Source: an uncultured bacterium
GTDB taxonomy: Bacteria > Hydrothermota > Hydrothermia > UBA1063
Direction of reading: 5' to 3'
NCBI GenBank assembly: GCA_964654765.1
Contig: CAZZKY010000074.1
Span: 1-62,477, forward strand
DNA length: 62,477 nucleotides
The notes beneath the pieces were generated by a model that was not told the DNA's origin, did not search any database, and saw only the letters and a program-made list of their open reading frames with translations. Made by a program: the position numbers and the translations under genes. Position 1 is the stretch's first letter; each line of letters begins with the position of its first letter. Of the stretch, positions 55,553 through 62,477 are shown in pieces.

Positions 55553-56542
55553 ATGCCTGCAAATTTACCGCCACAATATTTCGAGGCCGAAAAAGAGTAC
55601 AGGAACGCTAAAACTATTGAAGAAAAAATCCAGGCACTCAGAAAGATGTTGGCAGTAATGCCAAAGCATAAAGGTACTGATAAGCTACAGGCAGAGATTA
55701 GAGCAAAGATTTCAAAGCTTCAAGAAGAGCTTGAAAACCAGAAAAAGGGTAAAAGGACTGGTGCACACTGGTACATAAAAAAGGAAGGAGCCGGGCAGGT
55801 AATCCTTCTGGGTCTACCCAATTCAGGAAAGACGACCCTTGTCAACGCCCTTTGTAATACAAATTTTGAGACCGCAGATTATCCCTTTACAACACAACAG
55901 CCCCACGCTGCCATGATGGACTTTGAAGATATTAAAATACAGCTGATTGATACTCCACCTCTAAAAGAGGAAAATGATTACAGGATTTTTGAGCTGATAA
56001 GAAACGCAGACCTTTTGGCCATTGTCCTGAGCCTTGAAGGTGACCCTATCCTTGACTTTACTTTTATTGAAGAAAAACTATCGGAGAGAAACATTACCCT
56101 GAAGGGGACAGGTACAGGAGAGTATGAACTTTTTGGACCTATAACAAAAAGAGCAATAATAATTTTAAACAAACTTGACCTTGCCAAGGACACAAAACAT
56201 CTGGAATATTTGGAAAATCACTTTAAAGAGACATATGGAATTATTACTTTTCCCCTCTCTGCACTTTACGGAACGGGCACAGAAGAAGTTAAGAAAGAAA
56301 TCTTTAAAGAGCTGGGCATTATAAGAGTTTATACAAAAGAGCCTGGAAAACAGCCCGTTCTTGAAGATCCCCTGATTCTAAAGAAAGGTAGTACAGTACT
56401 CGATGCAGCGAGAGAAATTCATAAAGACTTTGAAAAGAAGCTTAAATATGCAAAAGTTTGGGGTTCAACAAAATTTGGAGGACAACGGGTAGAAAGAGAT
56501 TACAAACTCCAAGATAGAGACATCGTCGAATTTCACATTTAA
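55553..56542 (+). CDS. DRG/Rbg-type OBG-family GTPase with C-terminal TGS domain
   Basis: N-terminal helical region KHKGTDKLQAEIRAKISKLQEEL (DRG-like), G1 GLPNSGKTT, YPFTT, DTPP, NKLD. TGS-like C-terminus (VYTKEPGK...GSTVLDAAREIHKD...AKVWG...GQRV...L.D.DIVE). Confidence 0.8.
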   Translation: MPANLPPQYFEAEKEYRNAKTIEEKIQALRKMLAVMPKHKGTDKLQAEIRAKISKLQEELENQKKGKRTGAHWYIKKEGAGQVILLGLPNSGKTTLVNALCNTNFETADYPFTTQQPHAAMMDFEDIKIQLIDTPPLKEENDYRIFELIRNADLLAIVLSLEGDPILDFTFIEEKLSERNITLKGTGTGEYELFGPITKRAIIILNKLDLAKDTKHLEYLENHFKETYGIITFPLSALYGTGTEEVKKEIFKELGIIRVYTKEPGKQPVLEDPLILKKGSTVLDAAREIHKDFEKKLKYAKVWGSTKFGGQRVERDYKLQDRDIVEFHI

Positions 56543-56562
56543 AGCCTTAAACTTTATTCCTG

Positions 56563-57819
56563 ATGAAGTACATCAAAGTATACGGACCTGTGCGTCTTGA
56601 AGGCGAAGTAAAAGCCCAGGGAGCGAAAAATGCTGTCCTTCCTGTAATGTCAGCCATTATACTTCATGACAAGCCCGTTTTACTGAAAAACGTACCACGG
56701 GTCCAGGATGTCTTCACAATGATAGAGCTTCTAAAACTGTTGGGAGCCAGAGTTGAATGGAAGGGGCATAACGAGCTTATTGTTGATCCATCTGCTATCA
56801 GTAATTACACTGCGCCTTACGAAATTGTTAGTAAGATGAGGGCTTCCATTTATGTTCTCGGCCCACTTCTCGCAAAATTTGGAAGAGCAGAAGTCTCTTT
56901 TCCGGGGGGATGTGCTTTTGGTCCAAGGCCTGTGGATTTTCATATAAAGGGGTTATCACTCCTCGGCGCAGAACTCACCGTAGAACGTGGGTACATTAAA
57001 GCCACGCTGAAGAAACCAAACCCATGCGAAATTCCATTGAACTTTAAATCCGTGGGAACTACAATTCATTTGATGACAACCGCATCAATGATCGAGGGTG
57101 AAACAACAATTCTCAACTGTGCCCAAGAACCAGAAGTGGTGGCAACCGCGGAATTCCTTTCAAAGTCTGGTGTCAAAATAGAGGGGGCAGGGACTGATGT
57201 TATACAAATTAAAGGTGTTAAAAAATTGAAACCAGTTCCAGAGTTCGAAATCATACCGGACCGCATCGAAGCGGGTACCTACCTTGTGGCTGGCTTTATG
57301 ACAGGCGGAAATGTAAGGGTATCGGGTTGCATACCCGAACACCTTGAACCTGTCATCTTGAAACTAAAAGAAGCAGGGGCAGTTATAAATAGAGGGAAAG
57401 ACTTTTTAGAAGTAGAAAGGCGAAATAAAGATATCAAAAGTCTTCAAATTGAAACTCAACCCTTCCCGGGATTTCCCACCGATATGCAACCCCAGTTTAT
57501 GAGCATGCTCACGATAGCAAAAGGTACCAGCATGATAAAGGAAAATATCTACCCCAATCGATTCGCCCATGCCTTTGAATTACAAAGACTTGGAGCCAAC
57601 ATAAAGGTGATTGAACCAATGGCCTTCGTTGAAGGTGTAAGTAAACTAACAGGAGCTGAAGTCACAGGAAATGACCTCAGAGGGGCTGCTGCACTTGCCC
57701 TTGCAGGTCTAATAGCTGAAGGGGAAACAACGGTTTTCGGGTTAGAACACTTAGAGAGAGGATACGAGGATTTCAGTGGGAAGCTTAGCACATTGGGAGC
57801 AAAAATAAAAGTAACTTAA
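56563..57819 (+). CDS. murA: UDP-N-acetylglucosamine 1-carboxyvinyltransferase
   Basis: GAKNAVLP, catalytic loop FPGGCAFGPRPVD, FPGFPTDMQPQ, DLRGAAALALAGL. Confidence 0.95.
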   Translation: MKYIKVYGPVRLEGEVKAQGAKNAVLPVMSAIILHDKPVLLKNVPRVQDVFTMIELLKLLGARVEWKGHNELIVDPSAISNYTAPYEIVSKMRASIYVLGPLLAKFGRAEVSFPGGCAFGPRPVDFHIKGLSLLGAELTVERGYIKATLKKPNPCEIPLNFKSVGTTIHLMTTASMIEGETTILNCAQEPEVVATAEFLSKSGVKIEGAGTDVIQIKGVKKLKPVPEFEIIPDRIEAGTYLVAGFMTGGNVRVSGCIPEHLEPVILKLKEAGAVINRGKDFLEVERRNKDIKSLQIETQPFPGFPTDMQPQFMSMLTIAKGTSMIKENIYPNRFAHAFELQRLGANIKVIEPMAFVEGVSKLTGAEVTGNDLRGAAALALAGLIAEGETTVFGLEHLERGYEDFSGKLSTLGAKIKVT

Positions 57820-57926
57820 CAACTCACCTGAAAAATTAGTTAAAAGGCAAACCAAGTCATACCAGAAAGAGGGTAACATTTAGATGTCCTTAGAATAAAC
57901 GCATTCAGTGTTTTAAAATTCTCACA

Positions 57927-58931
57927 ATGGAAAAGATTTTCGAAAGAGTGGTCTCTGAGAAGATGGATGGTACTCGTCTTGATATATATCTTGTTGTCAG
58001 CGGTATTGGATTATCGCGTTCACAGGTATTAAAACTGATAAAAGAAGGTAAGGTTCTTGTCAACGACAAACCTCAAAAACCCAGTTACAAGGTAAAGGCA
58101 AATGACCACATTTTCGCAAAATTTACCGTTCAGGAAAAGTTGCCAGTGATTGCTGAAGACCTACCCATTCCAGTTATTTACGAAGACGAAGATATAATTG
58201 TTATAAATAAGCCAAAGGGGATGGTAGTCCATCCAGCAAGGGGGAATGTCACCGGCACCCTTGTCAATGCACTTGTAGCAAAATATAAAGAACTTCCTAA
58301 AATTGATGATAAAACCCGCCCAGGAATTGTTCATAGACTTGACAAAGACACCACAGGGCTTTTAGTAGTGGCAAAGAGTGAAAAAGCCCTAAGAAGCCTG
58401 GCAAGGCAAATGGAAGAAAAAACTGCAAAGAGAATCTATTGGGCTGTAGTCTGGGGTAGGATTGTAGGTCCAGAAGGGACTATAGATGCACCTATTGGAA
58501 GACACACCGTTGACAGGACAAGAATGGCGGTAACCTTTTTCAATTCAAGAAGTGCAATAACGCATTATAAAGTTTTAGAAAACTTCGGAAACTTAGCTAC
58601 CCTACTCGAAATTTCCTTAGAGACGGGAAGAACCCATCAGATTAGGGTTCATATGGAATATATTGGCCATCCTGTTGTGGGAGACGAGGTATATTCTGGA
58701 CGGGATGTAAGAAAAATCTTCCGTGTAGTGCCTTCGGAATTAAACCAGTATGTAGCAAAAGTTCTTGAAATTATGGACAGACAGGCTCTTCATGCTAAGA
58801 AGCTATCCTTCTATCACCCTGGAAAAGGTATGAACGTTGAGTTTGAGGTTGACATTCCCGAGGACTTCCGAAATCTTCTTGAATACTTAAGAAGTGTTAA
58901 GAGCGAATTGGAGACAGTTTTTAAAAAGTGA
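57927..58931 (+). CDS. rluD: RluA-family 23S rRNA pseudouridine synthase (RluD-like) with S4 domain
   Basis: S4 region RLDIYL...SRSQVLKLIKEGKVLVN. Catalytic HRLDKDTTGLLVVAK. GRTHQIRVH. Confidence 0.9.
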   Translation: MEKIFERVVSEKMDGTRLDIYLVVSGIGLSRSQVLKLIKEGKVLVNDKPQKPSYKVKANDHIFAKFTVQEKLPVIAEDLPIPVIYEDEDIIVINKPKGMVVHPARGNVTGTLVNALVAKYKELPKIDDKTRPGIVHRLDKDTTGLLVVAKSEKALRSLARQMEEKTAKRIYWAVVWGRIVGPEGTIDAPIGRHTVDRTRMAVTFFNSRSAITHYKVLENFGNLATLLEISLETGRTHQIRVHMEYIGHPVVGDEVYSGRDVRKIFRVVPSELNQYVAKVLEIMDRQALHAKKLSFYHPGKGMNVEFEVDIPEDFRNLLEYLRSVKSELETVFKK

Positions 58932-58980
58932 TTTGAACAAAATGGAAACCTTTATCGACAGGTATATTAGGAGGTGAGTT

Positions 58981-59898
58981 ATGAGAAATTTTAGGTACTT
59001 AATACCAATAGTTATAATCATGTCAATGTTCGCTTCTTCTTGCACCAGAATAGAAGAATTGAGAGACGAAGAAGCCATTGACGAACTCATCAATACCACC
59101 TACAGTGTAGACCTCGGTTTTGAAAGAGAGTACGAGGATGCCTCGTTAATACCCGATACCTTCAATATTTCCAATACGAAAGAACCCGCTCTAATTGTAG
59201 GATGGTGGAGAAAAATTCTCTCCGTAAGCTCAAATAAAGATATCACAATCGAAAGGGACACAGCATGGGTAACCATAAAACACCACATTTACGGACTCTT
59301 CAACATAGTTTACTATGAACCAGACAGCGATACCGTTTTTACCCGTAGTAAAAACTTCCACGACCTCGCTCGAAGAAAAGCTCTTTTCGTAAGAGAAGGT
59401 GATATAAACGACCCTCACCGTGGATGGGTCTTAAAGAAAGTCTCGCTGGGTGAAGTTACTTCACAAGACGTTCCGGATTCAGTTCTTATTAATGGGACCT
59501 ACATACCGGTTCAGCAAAACCACATAGATTCCATTAAGATCACATACGTTGACACTCTAAACAACATGATTACAAAGGTCTTCACAAACTATTTAGACCT
59601 AATCGACCTCGAAGAAGTTCCGTTAGTTAAAAACGGCACTGAAATAAGATTCGACCTCTATGCAAATGTTTCTGAAAACTTCGCTTTCTTCTACAAACTC
59701 GCCACATGGGGTACACCAAGACGGATGAGAATGATTAGAGATCCTGAAAACCCAACGCACTTCTATACCATTTTGCATGTCCCCTCTAACGTTGTTAGGG
59801 GGAGTTTTGCCCTTAGCATAATTTCTCTCCCGTCTTTCAGACCTGACAATTATCCCTATGTGCACCACGGAGTTCTTTTGCGAGTGAGGGTTCGTTAA
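58981..59898 (+). CDS. Lipoprotein of unknown function
   Basis: AGGAGG SD. Signal/lipobox IIMSMFASSC. Confidence 0.5.
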   Translation: MRNFRYLIPIVIIMSMFASSCTRIEELRDEEAIDELINTTYSVDLGFEREYEDASLIPDTFNISNTKEPALIVGWWRKILSVSSNKDITIERDTAWVTIKHHIYGLFNIVYYEPDSDTVFTRSKNFHDLARRKALFVREGDINDPHRGWVLKKVSLGEVTSQDVPDSVLINGTYIPVQQNHIDSIKITYVDTLNNMITKVFTNYLDLIDLEEVPLVKNGTEIRFDLYANVSENFAFFYKLATWGTPRRMRMIRDPENPTHFYTILHVPSNVVRGSFALSIISLPSFRPDNYPYVHHGVLLRVRVR

Positions 59899-59914
59899 AA
59901 TTTCACGAACAAAT

Positions 59915-59941
59915 GGGCTGGAGGCTTAAATCCTCCAGCCC
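59915..59941. terminator. Bidirectional hairpin terminator between convergent genes
   Basis: GGGCTGGAGG-cttaaat-CCTCCAGCCC: 10-bp perfect stem between the stops at 59898 (+) and 59992 (-). Confidence 0.55.
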
Positions 59942-59991
59942 CATTATAATGCAAAAAGATTGGGCTGAGTAGTCAGGTTTCCGAGTACTTT

Positions 59992-60396
59992 TTATATTAA
60001 CCCTTTTTCCTTGGCAAAAATTCCGTAATCTTTGTCTACGGTTGCAATATGATTGAAAAGCCAAGACCAAGTTAGTGAAAGAGCTTCTCTGAAAGCCTCA
60101 ATATCACCTTCTTTCAACGAATTCACATATTCATAAACTTGCTTCCTAAAGGCCTCGTGAATTTTTCTGTGCGACTCTAACTTGGGAAACCCAATACTTT
60201 CCATAAATTTCTCTTCGGCATCGAAGTGAGTATCAACGTATGCCTTTAATTCTTTCGAGAGAATATCCATAGCGGTCTTTGTGTCACCCAGCTTTAATAG
60301 GTCTGATACTTTGTTTACCAACTCCACTAATTTTTTATGCTGGTTATCCATTTCTGGAACATAAGTTAGTAGTTCGTCTGTGAATTCAATCTTCAT
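59992..60396 (-). CDS. Hemerythrin-like (bacteriohemerythrin) protein
   Basis: IDNQHK-type start (MDNQHKKLVELVN), HFDAEEKFM, HRKIHEAF, WLFNHIATVDKDY. Confidence 0.85.
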   Translation of the reverse strand: MKIEFTDELLTYVPEMDNQHKKLVELVNKVSDLLKLGDTKTAMDILSKELKAYVDTHFDAEEKFMESIGFPKLESHRKIHEAFRKQVYEYVNSLKEGDIEAFREALSLTWSWLFNHIATVDKDYGIFAKEKGLI

Positions 60397-60433
60397 TTTA
60401 CCCTCCTTTTGAATTAAAAGTTACTTTGTAATA

Positions 60434-60462
60434 ATTTTAAAATTCAAATTGAGAAAAGTCAA
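60434..60462 (-). promoter_or_regulatory. Candidate promoter of the hemerythrin gene
   Basis: Minus strand: TTGACT (60462..60457), 17 nt, TAAAAT (60439..60434), then a leader with AAGGAGGG. Confidence 0.45.
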
Positions 60463-60546
60463 GCGGGTGCTACTTCAATTCCAGTACATGCCAATTTTTT
60501 GTGCAGACTTACACATTGCGTTAAAATATTCAATAAGGAGGTTCTT

Positions 60547-61515
60547 ATCAGTAAGTTAGTTGTAGTTACTGGAGCGTCCGGACACCTTGGAGCAAATATT
60601 GTAAGGAATTTGCTTAAAAAAGGATATAAAGTAAGGGCCATTGTTAAAACCGATACAAGGGCTGTTACAGGTCTTCCTTGCGAAGTCGTAAAAGCTGATA
60701 TTATAAACAAAGAAGAACTTTTAGAAGCCTTCAAAAATGCCCACGCCATAATCCACTCTGCAGCCTATATCAGTATAACGAGTTTTGAAAAAGACACTAT
60801 ATGGAAAACAAATGTTGAAGGGACAAAGAACGTAATAGATGCTGCATTGTTAAGCAATGTTGAAAAACTCATATACATTGGTTCCATCCATGCCTTCAAA
60901 GACGCCAATAATACCGTTGACGAAACTTCCCCACTTTTAGATAAAAATGGATCAATCTACGATATCACTAAAGCCGAAGGCATAAGAGCAGTACAAGAGG
61001 CGAAAAAGTACGGTTTAAACGCAATTATAATATGCCCTACAGCCCTTATTGGACCCCACGATTACAAACCTTCTTTAATGGGAAGGTTCCTGATTTCTTT
61101 AGTCCAGCAACGAGTCCCAGCATTGGTTGACGGAGGTTTTGACTGGGTTGATTCAAGGGATGTAGCGGAGGCGGTTTCAAGAGCACTTACAAAAGGAAAT
61201 GGAACTTACATTATTTCGGGGCAATATCTGAAAATCGCTGAGCTTTCCCAAATCTGGTGCAAAATAGTAGGTGTAAAATGCCCGAGCCTTGTTTTTCCTT
61301 TGAAATTAGCAAAAACGGGGGCTCAAATCGCTCTATTTTTAAGCAGGGTATTCAAATTTTCACCTCTATATACTCCTGAAGCACTTAAAGCCCTAACTTG
61401 GAAAAGTCCTATATCTCGAAAAAAAGCAGAGAAAGAACTGGACTATAAACCACGACCAATAGAGGAAACCCTAAATGACACATATAGATGGTTCAAAGAG
61501 CATGGATACCTTTAA
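60547..61515 (+). CDS. NAD(P)-dependent extended SDR (dihydroflavonol-4-reductase / 3-beta-HSD-like); probable non-canonical ATC start
   Basis: Rossmann VVVTGASGHLGANIV 4 residues after the proposed start. AAGGAGG at 60535..60541. YxxxK (YDITKAEG). The alternative TTG at 60499 coincides with a -35 box. Confidence 0.7.
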   Translation: MSKLVVVTGASGHLGANIVRNLLKKGYKVRAIVKTDTRAVTGLPCEVVKADIINKEELLEAFKNAHAIIHSAAYISITSFEKDTIWKTNVEGTKNVIDAALLSNVEKLIYIGSIHAFKDANNTVDETSPLLDKNGSIYDITKAEGIRAVQEAKKYGLNAIIICPTALIGPHDYKPSLMGRFLISLVQQRVPALVDGGFDWVDSRDVAEAVSRALTKGNGTYIISGQYLKIAELSQIWCKIVGVKCPSLVFPLKLAKTGAQIALFLSRVFKFSPLYTPEALKALTWKSPISRKKAEKELDYKPRPIEETLNDTYRWFKEHGYL

Positions 61516-62251
61516 TTTCATCGTTCGGTGCTGGATTGTTTTTTCTGCTCTAATTTTTATAATTTTACTTAAGATAACCGCACCTTATGGTAGGCATGCG
61601 AGAAAGGGTTGGGGGCCTATAGTGTCCAACAGAATCGGCTGGATTCTAATGGAAATTCCATCACTTTTGATTCCCGCCTTCTACGTTTTCAAATACCAAG
61701 CTTATCTTATTCTGAGCCCCCAGATCATTTTTGTTAGCTTATGGATTTTTCATTACTTTTATAGAGCCATTCTTTTCCCCTTCAGGTTGAAATTAAGAAA
61801 GGATATTCCTCTTTCAATCATAGGAATGGGTATATTTTTCAATGTTGTTAACAGTCACCTCAATATGTTCTCTATCGCCTTTATTAAAAAATATAACCCG
61901 AGTTGGATAAGAGACCCGCGATTCCTCGTTGGCATAATCTTATTTATAATGGGCTTCTTCATCCACTACACTTCAGATTCAAAATTGATAAACTTGAGAG
62001 AAAATGGTAACTCAGTATATAAAATTCCAGAAGGAGGAATGTTCAATCTTGTTTCCTCCCCTAACTATCTTGGCGAAATCTTGGAATGGACAGGTTGGGC
62101 AATTGCTACGTGGAGTCTGGCGGGGCTCTCCTTCGCACTCTGGACTTTTGCAAACCTCGCTCCAAGAGCCTTAGCCAACCACCGCTGGTATAAAGCCAAC
62201 TTTCCCCTCTACCCCAAAAACAGAAAAGCATTGATTCCATACCTGCTTTAA
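61502..62251 (+). CDS. Steroid 5-alpha-reductase-family membrane protein (SRD5A/DUF1295-like)
   Basis: Multi-TM protein. C-terminal signature SPNYLGEILEWTGWA...RALANHRWYKANFPLYPKNRKALIPYLL. The start ATG overlaps the SDR stop by 14 nt. Confidence 0.75.
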   Translation: MDTFNFIVRCWIVFSALIFIILLKITAPYGRHARKGWGPIVSNRIGWILMEIPSLLIPAFYVFKYQAYLILSPQIIFVSLWIFHYFYRAILFPFRLKLRKDIPLSIIGMGIFFNVVNSHLNMFSIAFIKKYNPSWIRDPRFLVGIILFIMGFFIHYTSDSKLINLRENGNSVYKIPEGGMFNLVSSPNYLGEILEWTGWAIATWSLAGLSFALWTFANLAPRALANHRWYKANFPLYPKNRKALIPYLL

Positions 62252-62324
62252 AAACAGAAATAAATCTAATTTCGTTGATAGTTCTTTAAAAATCCTTTAT
62301 TCTAAAAGAAAAGGAAGGTGGCCT

Positions 62325-62477
62325 ATGAAATTAGTAGATGAAATCTTCAGAATGTATGATATCAGAGGTATTTATGATAAGGAGTTGAATGAAGAGATTG
62401 CCTATCTTATTGGCAGAGCCTTTGGTACAATTATTAAAGAAAAGGGAGGATCAAAGGTAACAGTCGGAATGGATGCA
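62325..62477 (+). CDS. Phosphomannomutase/phosphoglucomutase-family protein, 3'-truncated by the window edge
   Basis: AAGGAAGG SD. N-terminus IFRMYDIRGIY...LIGRAFG...VTVGMDA, typical of the alpha-D-phosphohexomutase family. Confidence 0.7.
   Translation, partial: MKLVDEIFRMYDIRGIYDKELNEEIAYLIGRAFGTIIKEKGGSKVTVGMDA

Noticed and set aside
1-62477. CRISPR arrays, transposases/integrases, prophage genes, toxin-antitoxin or known defence-system genes, rRNA/tRNA genes.
   Set aside because: None found on either strand. There are no direct-repeat/spacer periodicity, no DDE/tyrosine-recombinase-like ORFs and no large non-coding blocks apart from 739..1282.

Overview
Dense, mobile-element-free chromosomal segment of an AT-leaning, probably thermophilic and anaerobic bacterium. 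About 55 CDS are packed with 4-35 nt start/stop overlaps and strong GGAGG Shine-Dalgarno sites on internal genes. I found no rRNA, tRNA, CRISPR array, transposase or integrase. Three proteins end in Por/T9SS-type C-terminal sorting domains, which suggests an FCB-group-like or related candidate lineage. Layout: (i) 1-3493, OmpA-family protein and an M14 carboxypeptidase T9SS cargo. (ii) 3490-11033, minus strand, a tightly coupled housekeeping string: yajC-def-fmt-sucC-TPR-gyaR-ftsE-ftsX-envC. (iii) 11088-14829, a tripartite outer-membrane protein (HExxH peptidase-like + TolB-like + Omp85-like barrel) and an active M23 peptidase. (iv) 14917-22735, a three-gene operon of uncharacterised secreted proteins, including a 1876-aa T9SS cargo with an unassigned repeat. 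(v) 22819-42651, the headline feature: 24 co-directional genes over 19.8 kb. They join an NAD-type formate dehydrogenase (fdhA, focA, mobA, fdhD), an [FeFe]-hydrogenase (hydA), all three H-cluster maturases (hydE/F/G, with aspA and an unknown 90-aa ORF embedded), two TM1266-like small regulators, two NuoE/NuoF diaphorase pairs with degenerate Fe-S modules, and a DRTGG/GHKL-kinase/PHP signalling module. (vi) 42729-50690, plus strand: mgtE, tig-clpP-clpX-lon-hflX. (vii) 50651-62477: coaX-birA-pta/ptb, an LVIVD-repeat lipoprotein, a DRG-type GTPase, murA, rluD, hemerythrin, an SDR + steroid-5-alpha-reductase-like pair, and the 5' end of a phosphomannomutase-like gene. All calls rest on motif recognition in the supplied translations and on reading the DNA by eye; no homology search was possible. 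Start codons are best guesses.
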